This document shows, piece after piece, positions 1 through 13,752 of a stretch of 64,000 bases of DNA. Source of the stretch: Thermoplasmata archaeon (GTDB lineage: Archaea > Thermoplasmatota > E2 > DHVEG-1). The stretch covers positions 4,641 through 68,640 of the forward strand of contig JADBLO010000051.1 of assembly GCA_014894395.1 (NCBI GenBank), given 5' to 3'. The notes beneath the pieces are model-generated. The model saw nothing but the letters and a program-made list of their open reading frames with translations. It searched no databases and had not been told where the DNA came from. Each line of letters opens with the position of its first letter. Within the stretch, counting starts at the first letter, position 1. The translations under genes and the position numbers were made by a program.

Positions 1-1148
1 AAACCGGGTATAACATAGGTATTGCTGTCGATAAAAAAACAGAAATTCTGCTTGTACAGAAACAAAAAACCACGGAAAAACAAACCAAAAGAATTCCATA
101 TGATCAAAAAAAACCAACCATCTCCATCGTTGGAACCGGGGGAACGATCGCCTGTTACATTGATTATCGGACCGGTGCGGTCCATCCTGCCTCATCTGCA
201 GAGGAACTCGCGTTCTCAGTCCCTGAAATCTTTGACCTTTGTAACGTGAAATCCCAGGTCGCATACCAGATGCTGAGCGAAAACATCGAGGTTTCTCACT
301 GGCAGGCCCTCGCGGAGATCATCGCAAAAGAACTCAACAACGGTGCAGCTGGCGTGGTAATCCCTCATGGAACTGATACGCTCGGATACACGGCAGCAGC
401 ATTATCATTTCTTCTGAAGAATCTCTCAGGACCAGTGGTGCTTGTCGGAGCGCAACGATCCAGTGACCGACCATCCTCTGACGCAGCGCAGAATCTCATC
501 GCTGCAGCAACCGTTGCTGCAACCTCAGATATCGGGGAAGTCGTCGTCGTTATGCATGGGGAAATCTCCGATACCTTCTCAACGATTCATCGAGGCACCA
601 AAGTACGAAAATTCCATACATCCAGACGAGACGCATTTCAAACCGTCAACGACCTTCCACTGGGAAAAGTAGAAAACGGTGCAATCACACTACACGCTCC
701 CTATCGCAAGAAGACAACAGGCCCGGTGACAACCGATACCAATATGGAGGAAGACGTCGCGATACTTTATTTCTATCCAGGGATGAAACCAAAGGACATC
801 CCAGAGAAAAAAGGGATTGTGCTAGCAGGGACCGGGCTAGGGCATGTATCAACAAAACTCCTTCCACGTGTCACTAAACTTATCAAAGACGGCACGGTAA
901 TCATCATGACCTCACAGTGTCTGTTCGGACGAGTCAACATGCGGGTGTATTCCGCAGGGCGCGACCTCATAAAAGTAGGCGTTCTCTCTGGAGAAGATAT
1001 GCTCCCTGAAACTGCCTATGTCAAACTCATGTGGGTACTTGCGCATGCAAAAAACAAGCAAGATATTGAACAACTCATGATGACGAATATTGCTGGTGAA
1101 ACAGCAGAACGAACAAAAAGTAACGCTTTCCTCCAACAAAACAATTAA
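1..1148 (+). CDS. gatD: Glu-tRNA(Gln) amidotransferase subunit D (GatD), 5'-truncated by window edge
   Basis: Frame 3 is open from base 3 into the 246..1148 ORF. It contains asparaginase-type motifs ISIVGTGGTIA and IPHGTDTL and the archaeal GatD C-terminal asparaginase domain. The N-terminal domain lies upstream of the window. Confidence 0.8.
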   Translation, partial: TGYNIGIAVDKKTEILLVQKQKTTEKQTKRIPYDQKKPTISIVGTGGTIACYIDYRTGAVHPASSAEELAFSVPEIFDLCNVKSQVAYQMLSENIEVSHWQALAEIIAKELNNGAAGVVIPHGTDTLGYTAAALSFLLKNLSGPVVLVGAQRSSDRPSSDAAQNLIAAATVAATSDIGEVVVVMHGEISDTFSTIHRGTKVRKFHTSRRDAFQTVNDLPLGKVENGAITLHAPYRKKTTGPVTTDTNMEEDVAILYFYPGMKPKDIPEKKGIVLAGTGLGHVSTKLLPRVTKLIKDGTVIIMTSQCLFGRVNMRVYSAGRDLIKVGVLSGEDMLPETAYVKLMWVLAHAKNKQDIEQLMMTNIAGETAERTKSNAFLQQNN

Positions 1149-2182
1149 CCGATTTTTTCAGGGACTAAAAAAAGGTAACCGTCAAGTTTCACGGTTTTCA
1201 CCATCGCAGTATCAACAGAAGCGGTTTTTGGTTTCCGTATTTCAACGGTAGCATAGGTTTTCGGATCCATGAGTTGAATCTCGTTTTTTGACTGACTGAC
1301 CACAATCATTTCCCTGATGAGTTCTTTGCCGCCATAGATCCTTGATGGCTGAATGTCTTTTCCATCAATCACTTTCTCTGTCCACGCCGAAAGTTCAAGT
1401 GCACGGACCTTATTTTCATGAAGCGACACGATTAAAAAAAACGAGTTATCGAACAAGAAGAAATCACCTTTACGATACGCTGGAATCCGTACAAGATAGG
1501 TCATCCGGTACACCTGTCTGCTGTCTTTCATCCCCGCAGAGGATGCTGATTGTTTAAAGTCACCACCGAATTGATCCTGGACCCTTTTGGCAATCGAAAA
1601 CGCAGTTCCTTTTTCACTGAGAAAAAAATCAAGACCCTCACGTTTTTCAGCAATATCAGTAATAAATAACCCTCGTTTGCCACTCTCTTGATATTGTCCG
1701 ACCATGGTTTCAACAGCGGATCGAAGGGTCTTCAGCTCCGTGTCTGTGAATTTTCGCTGATCTGCTCGAATCTGTAAAATCGCCTCATAATACCCCCCAG
1801 CTTCCCGAGAACAAATCTCACAGGTGTTATGTCTGATTCGTACCGTAATCGGGTGCTGCTCCGTGATCGTTTGATCCTCAAGAGAGCCTGAGATGAACAC
1901 CATACAAGCGAGAATCCTCTCCTGCGCTTTACACTGGGTTTGTATTTCAACATGTTTGAGTTCAGGACTGACAGTAAACGCTTCTTTCACGTACCGTTTC
2001 AGGATATCGTCAAAGGACTCTTGAAGCCATGTGTTCTTGTATTTATAGGATGAACAACGAGGGCACATAATAATATCAAGGATTGCTGGTCCTTTGGAAA
2101 ATTGTGTGGCTTTCAGATAGCAGTTGAGGCAGACACCATTTCGAAAGATTGGTTCGTCTTTTCCGCATTCGACACAAAACAT
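1145..2182 (-). CDS. NMD3-family 60S ribosomal export protein homolog (archaeal Nmd3)
   Basis: N-terminal CxxC...CxxC clusters (MFCVECGK..CLNC..CPRCSS) and a further Cys cluster (CEICS), about 345 aa, typical of archaeal Nmd3. Convergent 4-nt overlap with gatD. Confidence 0.7.
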   Translation of the reverse strand: MFCVECGKDEPIFRNGVCLNCYLKATQFSKGPAILDIIMCPRCSSYKYKNTWLQESFDDILKRYVKEAFTVSPELKHVEIQTQCKAQERILACMVFISGSLEDQTITEQHPITVRIRHNTCEICSREAGGYYEAILQIRADQRKFTDTELKTLRSAVETMVGQYQESGKRGLFITDIAEKREGLDFFLSEKGTAFSIAKRVQDQFGGDFKQSASSAGMKDSRQVYRMTYLVRIPAYRKGDFFLFDNSFFLIVSLHENKVRALELSAWTEKVIDGKDIQPSRIYGGKELIREMIVVSQSKNEIQLMDPKTYATVEIRKPKTASVDTAMVKTVKLDGYLFLVPEKIG

Positions 2183-2200
2183 GCTCTTGTTCCATTCCTG

Positions 2201-3079
2201 TTAGGTTTTTTGGGTGAGATATACACCATAGATTATTAAGGCTGCGCCCAGAAGGAAAAACCATGTCAGAGATGTACCGAGGAAAAACGACATCAGAATC
2301 GTAAAAAGCGGGATGAAATTCAAAAAGACCGCTGCTTTACTCGCGTCGATGCGTTTCAACGCATAGTACCACCCGAGATACCCAAAGATAGAACAGGTGA
2401 GTGCTAGGTAGAGGACCGCAAGCCATCCATTCAGTGACGTCTGTTGAAGAACGGGGCCAAGATGCAACACAACGAAGGGGATGTAGAAAAGTGTCCCAAA
2501 ACCAAACGCGTAGGTAGTAATTACAAATTCATCATAGGTTTTCAACAGTCGTTTCCCAACAAACGAATAAAGCGCCCAACACAATGCAGACAGCAACATG
2601 AGGATGCCGCCGATGAAAAATAGATTGTCAAAGGTCAGCTCTTGTTTTGAGAAATCGGAAAACATTATGACGAAAACCCCGATAAAAGAAAGAACAATGC
2701 CTGCAACTCTTTTCCTTGTCAGCGTTTCATGTAAGAATAAGCCGGAAAGAATCGCGATGAAAATCACGTTGGTGTTAATGAGCACGGACGCGGTTGGTGC
2801 ATTCGTGAAATGAATGCCAAGGAACTGGAAGAGATATAAGAGAGTCACCCCGGTCAGACCAAGGACAACGAGCCAAGGGAGTTCCTTTTTTGGAAGCAAT
2901 AGTGGTTTCTTTCTTAATACGGCAATCAGTATCATCAAGGGTGTTGCAACAAGAAACCGTAGAAACCCCAGATCAATGGGGTCCATCTCCTTTGTGGTAA
3001 TATCGACGACAATAAACGATCCTGCCCAGACAAACGAAACAAGAATGAGAATCACTGCAATGATGAGATTCTTGTTCAT
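2201..3079 (-). CDS. EamA/DMT-family transporter (10 predicted TM helices)
   Basis: 292 aa, uniformly hydrophobic, duplicated EamA-like halves, DMT superfamily pattern. Confidence 0.65.
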   Translation of the reverse strand: MNKNLIIAVILILVSFVWAGSFIVVDITTKEMDPIDLGFLRFLVATPLMILIAVLRKKPLLLPKKELPWLVVLGLTGVTLLYLFQFLGIHFTNAPTASVLINTNVIFIAILSGLFLHETLTRKRVAGIVLSFIGVFVIMFSDFSKQELTFDNLFFIGGILMLLSALCWALYSFVGKRLLKTYDEFVITTYAFGFGTLFYIPFVVLHLGPVLQQTSLNGWLAVLYLALTCSIFGYLGWYYALKRIDASKAAVFLNFIPLFTILMSFFLGTSLTWFFLLGAALIIYGVYLTQKT

Positions 3080-3247
3080 GAGAACCGATAAACAATGACG
3101 TGGTTATTAAACGATATCCTGTGATTCGTATCACAAAAATCTTTGTAAAATGTGTTTTGGGTAAGGAGTGTACAGGACCCTGGTACTTGGTGTACAACAA
3201 CACGCTTTAAAGAAAACAGACAAAACAGGGAGTGAGGAGTGATTAAA

Positions 3248-3367
3248 ATGATGATTGTTGGTCAAGTATCAAGTCCCGAGGAAGCAACCGAGGTGGAATT
3301 TATCGCAAAATCCTTTGTCGTCGCAAACCGCGCACGCGCCCTTGCACTACGACTACGAGAGGTGTAG
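3248..3367 (+). CDS. candidate small ORF (39 aa) with strong SD
   Basis: ATGATG preceded by GGGAGTGAGGAGTGA about 6 nt upstream. Encodes MMIVGQVSSPEEATEVEFIAKSFVVANRARALALRLREV. Not in the ORF track (<60 aa). Confidence 0.2.
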   Translation: MMIVGQVSSPEEATEVEFIAKSFVVANRARALALRLREV

Positions 3368-3467
3368 GCAGATGGCAAAAAAGACAAAGGGGAAGAAAAA
3401 TATCCCAACCGACATCCCGATTTTCTGGGTGAACATCGTGGAAACAGACTCTGATGACTCTGCTTTC

Positions 3468-6257
3468 CTATGATTTCACGACGCCGACCGGTTTTTTAGG
3501 ATTTTTTTTTGCTGTTTTCCCACTATCTTTTTCATCGGAATCGTTGATTTTTTTGCCGCTCTCAAGGGTTCCATCGGTGAGCCCTTCATCAAGGAGAACA
3601 TCATACTCCACCTTGTATTCACCAGGGTCACCCTCTGAGAACTTGAAGTTTTTCTCTCGGCATAACGCAATCATCGGGTAATTATCCTTCAGGACGACAC
3701 CGTTGACCTTTGTCAAGTTCTTATCTTTCGCGATTTCAATGAGGTAATCCAGGAACTCAGAGCCGAGTCCTTGTCGCTGCCATTCATCTGTAACAACCAG
3801 CGCGAATTCTGCTTCATCAACTCGTGCAGGATCAAGAATAAGCCGAGCAACGCCAAGCAGTCGCTTTTTCCCGTTTTCCTCCATTTCAGCAACAATCCCA
3901 ATTTCCCTGTCGTAATCGATATTACAAAATCTCGTACGAACCTCATGGGGCGTGTCTTTGATAATTCTGAAAAATCGGAATCGCACGGTTTCTTCAGAGA
4001 ACGTCTTGAACATCTCCAGCCACATGTTTTCATCCTCTGGTTTTATCGGGCGGAGCAAAGCTTTCTTTCCATCTTTTAGTGTGATAGGTTTCATGTACTT
4101 GGTCGGATATGGTGTAATGATGAGATGCGGATGTTTCTCTGGCTCAGGATCAAGGATTATCCGCGCGTCCACCGCAATGAGATCATTTCCCTGCGGAATC
4201 AATGGGTTGATATCAACTTCTTTAATCTCAGGATGATCGATAAGCATCTGTGAAAACTTAATCATGGTTTCTTCGACTTTCTTCATATCAACAGGCGGGA
4301 CGTTCCTGAATCCTTTCAAAAGCTCATAGGCTTTTGTTTTTTCTATGATACGCTGTGCCAAGGTCTGGTTCAGAGGTGGAAACCCGATCGCTCGATCCTT
4401 AAACAACTCCGTGTAGATACCACCTAACCCAAAGAGAATCACCGAACCAAACACCGGGTCTTTTTTCGACCCAAGAATCAGTTCATACCCATAGTTCTTC
4501 ACCTGCTTCTGAATTGTTACTCCAAGAATCGTCGCATTCGGGACCTTTTCTTTCGCCTGTTTCGTCATCGCTCTGAATGCTGTTTTAACATCATCGCCAC
4601 AGCGTAAATCAAGGACGACACCACCGACATCACTTTTATGGCTAATCTGAGGAGATAATATCTTCATCACGATAGGGTACCCGATTTTCTCTGCTGCTTT
4701 CACTGCTTTGTTTTCATTTTCTGCAATCATCGGTGTTGCCGTAGTAATCCCATAGAGTTCTAGAAATGTCTTTGCTTCACTCTCATTGAGCAGGGTTCTT
4801 TTCTCTTTGGCTGCCGCATCTAAGATTTTTTTGATTATCTCTGTATGAGCCGGGGTTTGTATGTTTAACTCCTCAGGAGTCTCATATAATTGACCTAAGT
4901 GACGTTCATAATGATACAAATACATATAGGATTCAACCGCTTCATCAGGCGACGCGTAGGTTGGGATATTGTTCCGGTTTAGGATTTCTCGTGCGTGATA
5001 CACACTTGCCGCACCGATAAATGAGGTGAGAATTGGTTTGGTTGATTTACGGGCAATATCAACAAGCCGGTCTGCAAGTTTCTGCGGGTCAGCCATCACC
5101 TGTGGGACACACAAGATTAACAGACCATCGATGTTTTTATCCTCAAGACAAATCTCAATTGCTTTCTGATAACGCTCCTCGTCACCATCTCCGATGATGT
5201 CAACAGGGTTGCCATGACTCCAATGTGACGGCAACACTTTATTGAGTTTTTCTATAGTTTCCGCAGACAACTGTGCAAGCTTACCACCTTTCTCGATGAT
5301 TGAATCCGTGGCAAGAACACCAGGTCCTCCAGCATTGGTCACAATCGCAATGTTCGGTCCCATCGGACGCGGTTGTTTCGCAAGAATAGAGGAGCAATTG
5401 AATAAATCCATGATATTCATAACACGGACAACACCAGATCTTCGGAATGCAGCATCATAGATGACGTCTTCACCGGCAAGAGCTCCTGTATGGGACGCGG
5501 CTGCTTTTGCTCCTTCTTTGAACCGACCGGATTTAATCACAATAATCGGTTTTGCGCGCGCGAACGCTTTCGTCGCACTCATGAACTTCCGTGCATCTGT
5601 AATCGATTCGATATACAGAACAATGCTTCGGGTGTGAATGTCCATCCCAAAGTAATCAATTAAATCACCGAAATCAACATCTAGCATAGAGCCAACAGAG
5701 ACGAACGAACTAAAACCGACCTTTGCCGCCGCAGCCCAGTCAAGGATCGCACCACACACCGCACCACTCTGAGAAACCAATGCAATAGACCCTTTCTCTG
5801 GCATGGAACCTGCAAATGTCGCATTCAAATTCAGGTACGGCATGATGAAACCGACACAATTTGGACCGATGATACGCAACTCATATTTTTTCTTCAGATC
5901 TAACAGACGCTGTTCACGTGCGACACCCTCAGGCCCGATTTCCTTAAATCCAGCAGAAATAATGAGAATACCTTTGATGCCTCGTATCCCACATTGTTCG
6001 ACAACATCGCAAACAACAGTTGCTGGTGTTGCAATAATCGCCAGATCAACAACTTTAGGAACCTCATTGATGGATGGATAAGCTTGTACTCCTTGAACAC
6101 TTTCTCGTTTTGAATTCACTGGGAAAACAACACCATCATACCCAGATCCTATCAGATTTCGAAAAATCCTGTATCCAGCTGAGCCGATGGTTTCGCTTGC
6201 GCCAATCACTGCGATACTTTTTGGTTTGAAGACTTTATCAAGATTTGCACCATTCAT
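3468..6257 (-). CDS. ADP-forming acetyl-CoA synthetase (fused alpha/beta, NDP-forming acyl-CoA synthetase family) with C-terminal GNAT acetyltransferase domain (Pat-like architecture)
   Basis: N-terminal CoA-binding domain (SIAVIGASETIGSAGYRIF), CoA-ligase domain with phosphohistidine motif AAASHTGALAG, and ATP-grasp with SPQISHKSDVGGV. C-terminal GNAT with the acetyl-CoA motif WQRQGLGSEFL. Start placed at MNGANLDKV (6257), which has GGAGGGA 7 nt upstream; the longer ORF to 6314 has no RBS. Confidence 0.85.
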   Translation of the reverse strand: MNGANLDKVFKPKSIAVIGASETIGSAGYRIFRNLIGSGYDGVVFPVNSKRESVQGVQAYPSINEVPKVVDLAIIATPATVVCDVVEQCGIRGIKGILIISAGFKEIGPEGVAREQRLLDLKKKYELRIIGPNCVGFIMPYLNLNATFAGSMPEKGSIALVSQSGAVCGAILDWAAAAKVGFSSFVSVGSMLDVDFGDLIDYFGMDIHTRSIVLYIESITDARKFMSATKAFARAKPIIVIKSGRFKEGAKAAASHTGALAGEDVIYDAAFRRSGVVRVMNIMDLFNCSSILAKQPRPMGPNIAIVTNAGGPGVLATDSIIEKGGKLAQLSAETIEKLNKVLPSHWSHGNPVDIIGDGDEERYQKAIEICLEDKNIDGLLILCVPQVMADPQKLADRLVDIARKSTKPILTSFIGAASVYHAREILNRNNIPTYASPDEAVESYMYLYHYERHLGQLYETPEELNIQTPAHTEIIKKILDAAAKEKRTLLNESEAKTFLELYGITTATPMIAENENKAVKAAEKIGYPIVMKILSPQISHKSDVGGVVLDLRCGDDVKTAFRAMTKQAKEKVPNATILGVTIQKQVKNYGYELILGSKKDPVFGSVILFGLGGIYTELFKDRAIGFPPLNQTLAQRIIEKTKAYELLKGFRNVPPVDMKKVEETMIKFSQMLIDHPEIKEVDINPLIPQGNDLIAVDARIILDPEPEKHPHLIITPYPTKYMKPITLKDGKKALLRPIKPEDENMWLEMFKTFSEETVRFRFFRIIKDTPHEVRTRFCNIDYDREIGIVAEMEENGKKRLLGVARLILDPARVDEAEFALVVTDEWQRQGLGSEFLDYLIEIAKDKNLTKVNGVVLKDNYPMIALCREKNFKFSEGDPGEYKVEYDVLLDEGLTDGTLESGKKINDSDEKDSGKTAKKNPKKPVGVVKS

Positions 6258-6311
6258 TGTGCCTCCCTCCATAGAATGAGCTGTAGAGCACCGAAACGAG
6301 GAAAGTAGAAT

Positions 6312-6326
6312 CAATTATATAAGAGT
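6312..6326 (-). promoter_or_regulatory. candidate archaeal TATA box (TTATATAA) for the ACD-GNAT gene
   Basis: On the minus strand TCTTATATAATTG lies about 55-60 nt upstream of the ATG at 6257 and just downstream of the PFOR terminator T-run. Confidence 0.3.
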
Positions 6327-6354
6327 ATCGCCACCTCTGATTTTTCATGGAAAA

Positions 6355-6370
6355 TGAAAAAAAAAAAGAC
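6355..6370 (-). terminator. oligo-T (T11) archaeal terminator downstream of PFOR
   Basis: An A11 run on the plus strand (T11 on the coding strand) about 26 nt after the PFOR stop. Confidence 0.4.
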
Positions 6371-6392
6371 GAAAAATCTGCCGTTAAGGATG

Positions 6393-10004
<3,612 letters not shown>

Positions 10005-10058
10005 CTAACCGGTATCCTGGGTCGATAGATAAATATTTGGTTATCAGGAGAAGACGGG

Positions 10059-11093
10059 TTAGAGGCTCCAGTAATCACTAAGGTATTGCTTTAGCTGCTG
10101 AACGGTGTTTTTTACTTCTTCCGGGTCGGTATCAGGTATTTCCTCTTCTTCTAAGAAATCATCATTCCCAAGGAGTCCACAGAAAATATTATAGTAGGAT
10201 TTAATGCAGGCCACACTATTATACCCCCCACCAAGGAGAACAAGAAGTTTCCTACAAGTCTCCTGGGAGAGCCCCGCAACACTTTTTGCCAGATGATAAT
10301 ACGTCTGATAGGTAAGATTCAGGTCAGCAAGTGGATCCGCATGATGGGTATCAACACCGGATTGATAGAGGATGATGTCCGGCTTGAATTGCCTGGTGAT
10401 TGGTGGGACGATTTCTTCAAATGCCATTCTATAGCTCGCTCCACCAGTACCGGGAGGAAACGGGAGATTGACGGTATAACCTGTAGCCTCTTCCCGACTG
10501 ATGGTTTCGACACTCCCGGTACCAGGATATAGGGTCCGTCCATCCTGATGAAACGACAGGTTCAAGACTGTTTTATCATCAATATAAATATCCTGGGTAC
10601 CGTTCCCATGATGGACATCCAGGTCAATGATCATGAATCGTTTCAATTTGTGTTTCTGTCGGAGATACTCAATGGTTATTGCGATATCGTTAAAGAAACA
10701 AAACCCTGAGGAGTGCCCCTTGCTTGCATGGTGAAAGCCACCGAGCGGATTTACCGCTACCTCATATCCTTCAAAGAGTTTTTCACCTGCAAACATACTT
10801 CCGCCAGTAGCAAGACTTGCCACCTCAAAAATCCCTTTTGGGGCAGGTGTATCTTCTGAAAGCCATCCACCGGTTTGACTGAGCTTTTTCACATGCTCTA
10901 CGTAGGATGGATCATGTACTTTGAGCAAGTCTGCTTCTGTTGCTTTTTTTGGTGTAAAAATAATAAATTCAGAAAGCACGCTTTTTTCTTTGAGAAACGC
11001 CATGGTGTTCTTTGGTTTATCACCAATGAGCGGATGATCGGTGCCCAGGTCATACTTGTTGTAATCCTCATGATAAACAATAGCTCGTTTCAT
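10059..11093 (-). CDS. histone deacetylase-superfamily protein (AcuC / acetoin-utilization / acetylpolyamine amidohydrolase-like Zn deacetylase)
   Basis: HDAC motifs GGFHHA, DLDVHHGNGT and GGGY; 345 aa from MKRAIVYHEDY (11093). The longer ORF to 11195 adds an unlikely 34-aa leader. Confidence 0.8.
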   Translation of the reverse strand: MKRAIVYHEDYNKYDLGTDHPLIGDKPKNTMAFLKEKSVLSEFIIFTPKKATEADLLKVHDPSYVEHVKKLSQTGGWLSEDTPAPKGIFEVASLATGGSMFAGEKLFEGYEVAVNPLGGFHHASKGHSSGFCFFNDIAITIEYLRQKHKLKRFMIIDLDVHHGNGTQDIYIDDKTVLNLSFHQDGRTLYPGTGSVETISREEATGYTVNLPFPPGTGGASYRMAFEEIVPPITRQFKPDIILYQSGVDTHHADPLADLNLTYQTYYHLAKSVAGLSQETCRKLLVLLGGGYNSVACIKSYYNIFCGLLGNDDFLEEEEIPDTDPEEVKNTVQQLKQYLSDYWSL

Positions 11094-11277
11094 AGTAACC
11101 GATAGGGAAATCGCACGGTATGTAAAAAGGTTCCCTTCCATGTATAAATATTCACAGTTAAACACATATATCTGTTCAGTATTTACATCAAACACCTAGT
11201 TACCTCTCTGTGGGGGATCTCTTCAACAACACACTTGCATAAATTACGAAGGAAGGCACCTAGATTCCTGTGTCATC

Positions 11278-12291
11278 ATGGTGACGATAATGACCACCGA
11301 AAAAAAGAAAAAAGAATCAAGCAAGAAACTCCAGATCGCATTGTATTGGGCTGCAAGCTGTGGCGGTTGTGAAATCGGGATGCTTGACATTGACGAAAAA
11401 ATCCTCGATGTGACCGCTGCTGCTGATATCGTGTTTTGGCCTGTTGCTATTGACACAAAATACAAAGACGTTGAGGCATTAGAAGATCAGAGCATTGACG
11501 TATGTTTTTTCAACGGCGGTATCCGCACCTCAGAACATGAACATCTCGCAAAACTCCTACGGAAGAAATCAAAGGTTCTGATCTCATTTGGCGCCTGTGC
11601 GGTGAGTGGAGGAATCCCTGGTCTCGCGAACCTCGCAAACCGCGAGGAGGTCTTCAAAACAGTGTACTTGGAGAACCCATCAACAGAAAATCCAGAGAAA
11701 ATTCTCCCGAAACCAAAAACCAAGGTAAAAGAAGGAGAACTCACGATCCCAGAATTTTATGACACGGTGAAAAGCCTTGATCAGGTCGTTGAGGTTGATT
11801 ACTTCATTCCTGGTTGCCCGCCCCCACCATGGTTGATCCTTGATGCGTTTAACGCTATAGTAGAAAACAAGCTTCCATCGAAAGGTTCAGTTCTTGCACC
11901 ACTTAAATCAGTATGTGACGAATGCCGATTCAAATTATCAGAAAAGAAAATCAACACCATCAAACGCATTTACGAACTTGAAAAAATCGAGGAGAAATGC
12001 TTCCTGGAACAAAGCGTGATCTGCATGGGACCTGCGACACGGTCTGGGTGCCGTGGCAGATGCATGGAAGGTAACATGCCGTGTACCGGCTGTGGTGGAA
12101 TACTCCCCAACGCTCTTGATCAGGGAGCAAGTATGATTTCCGCGCTCGCTTCAATCCTTGGCGTGGAAACCGAACAAGGGATGAACGATGAAGAGGTCGA
12201 CAAACTCATCGAAGAGGTACGGGATGTGGTCGGAACATTCTACAAATACACGTTACCAGCATCACTGATTAACCGGAAGGTGATGAAATGA
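11278..12291 (+). CDS. mvhG: [NiFe]-hydrogenase small subunit, Mvh/group-3 type (MvhG-like)
   Basis: CGGCEIG proximal-cluster motif near the N-terminus and further Cys clusters (CxxC..CxGC). ATGA overlap with the large subunit gene. An alternative ATG at 11290 is possible. Confidence 0.85.
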   Translation: MVTIMTTEKKKKESSKKLQIALYWAASCGGCEIGMLDIDEKILDVTAAADIVFWPVAIDTKYKDVEALEDQSIDVCFFNGGIRTSEHEHLAKLLRKKSKVLISFGACAVSGGIPGLANLANREEVFKTVYLENPSTENPEKILPKPKTKVKEGELTIPEFYDTVKSLDQVVEVDYFIPGCPPPPWLILDAFNAIVENKLPSKGSVLAPLKSVCDECRFKLSEKKINTIKRIYELEKIEEKCFLEQSVICMGPATRSGCRGRCMEGNMPCTGCGGILPNALDQGASMISALASILGVETEQGMNDEEVDKLIEEVRDVVGTFYKYTLPASLINRKVMK

Positions 12292-13745
12292 GAACTATAA
12301 CGATTGACCCGATCACCCGGTTAGAAGGCCATGGAAAAATCAGCATCTTCCTTGATGAACACGGTGATGTCGAAAACGCGTACCTACAGATCCCAGAGCT
12401 CCGAGGATTCGAAAAATTCTCAGAAGGACGACGCGCTGAGGATATGCCGCAGATCACCTCTCGCATCTGTGGAGTCTGTCCAGTTGCTCATCATATTGCT
12501 GCGGCGAAAGCATTGGATGCAGCGTTTCATGTCGACCCGCCCGCGGCAGCAAAGAAACTCCGGGAACTCTTGTATTGCGGATACATCATCTATGACCATA
12601 TCCTGCATTTCTATTTCCTTGGGGGCCCTGATTTTATCGTTGGCCCGGAAGCACCAGCTGCAAAAAGAAACATCCTAGGTGTTATAGAAAAAGCAGGAAT
12701 TGACGTTGCAAAGGATGTTATAAAACATCGGGCGTACGGTCAGAAGATCACCGCGATCCTTGGCGGGAAAGCAACACACCCGGTCTGCGGGCTTCCTGGT
12801 GGTGTCTCCAAGGGACTGGTAAAAGACGAGGTCAAAGAAATCAAAGACATGGTTGCTTCCTGTAACACCTTTGCAAAATTCACCTTGAATTTATTTGATG
12901 ATATTGTGCTTAAAAACAAAGAGTATGTGGACCTTATTCGCTCTGACCCGTACACGCTGAAAACCTACAATATGGGTCTCGTCGATAAGCATAACAAGGT
13001 CAATTTCTACGACGGGATGATTCGAGTCAGCGACCAAGAAGCAAACGAAGTCGAAAAGTTCGAAGGCAAAGACTATACAAAACATATCGCAGAGAAAGTC
13101 GAAGAATGGAGCTACATGAAATTCCCGTACCTTAAAAGCATTGGATGGCATGGACTTCAAGACGGGAAAAAAAGTGGCATATACCGTGTTGGCCCCTTAG
13201 GAAGGCTAAATGCAGCTGAAGGCATGGCAACCCCACAAGCAGAGAAAGAATACAAACGCATGTTCGACACCCTAGGAGGAAAACCAGTGAACTCAACACT
13301 TGCGTTCCATTGGGCACGACTCATCGAACTGTTGTATGCAACCGAACGAGCCAAAGAACTCATTGAGGATTCAGAGATTACCTCTTCACATATTCGAAAC
13401 CCGGTCGGAAATCCAGGGGCAGGAATCGGCGTGGTTGAGGCGGCACGAGGAACCTTGATCCACGACTACAAACTTGACAAGAACGGATTAGTTGAGAAAG
13501 CAAACCTCATTGTTGCAACCACGAATAATGCGGGTGCAATCACCATGTCGGTCCGTGATGCCGCCAAAGGCGTGATAAAGAAAGGAAACGTCAACGACGG
13601 GCTGCTCAACAAAGTCGAAATGGCGTTCCGTGCGTACGACCCGTGTTTTGGGTGCGCGACGCATACATTACCTGGTGGGATGCCCTTGACCGTGAATATT
13701 TATGATCACAAGAAGAACCTCTCAAAAACAATCTCACGAATCTAG
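12288..13745 (+). CDS. mvhA: [NiFe]-hydrogenase large subunit (MvhA-like)
   Basis: N-terminal RICGVCPVAHH and C-terminal DPCFGCATH Ni-binding motifs, followed by a ~22-aa C-terminal extension of the kind removed by the maturation protease. Confidence 0.9.
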   Translation: MRTITIDPITRLEGHGKISIFLDEHGDVENAYLQIPELRGFEKFSEGRRAEDMPQITSRICGVCPVAHHIAAAKALDAAFHVDPPAAAKKLRELLYCGYIIYDHILHFYFLGGPDFIVGPEAPAAKRNILGVIEKAGIDVAKDVIKHRAYGQKITAILGGKATHPVCGLPGGVSKGLVKDEVKEIKDMVASCNTFAKFTLNLFDDIVLKNKEYVDLIRSDPYTLKTYNMGLVDKHNKVNFYDGMIRVSDQEANEVEKFEGKDYTKHIAEKVEEWSYMKFPYLKSIGWHGLQDGKKSGIYRVGPLGRLNAAEGMATPQAEKEYKRMFDTLGGKPVNSTLAFHWARLIELLYATERAKELIEDSEITSSHIRNPVGNPGAGIGVVEAARGTLIHDYKLDKNGLVEKANLIVATTNNAGAITMSVRDAAKGVIKKGNVNDGLLNKVEMAFRAYDPCFGCATHTLPGGMPLTVNIYDHKKNLSKTISRI

Positions 13746-13752
13746 GAGAACA

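Noticed and set aside
3255-3473. 72-aa plus-strand ORF in the EamA/ACD intergenic region
   Set aside because: It has no RBS and a composition unlike a real protein. It overlaps, in another frame, the better-supported 39-codon ORF that has a strong SD, and it runs into the ACD gene end.
12331-12678. 115-aa plus-strand ORF overlapping the start of mvhA in another frame
   Set aside because: It lies entirely within the hydrogenase large-subunit gene, whose frame carries the conserved RICGVC motif. This is an alternative-frame artifact.
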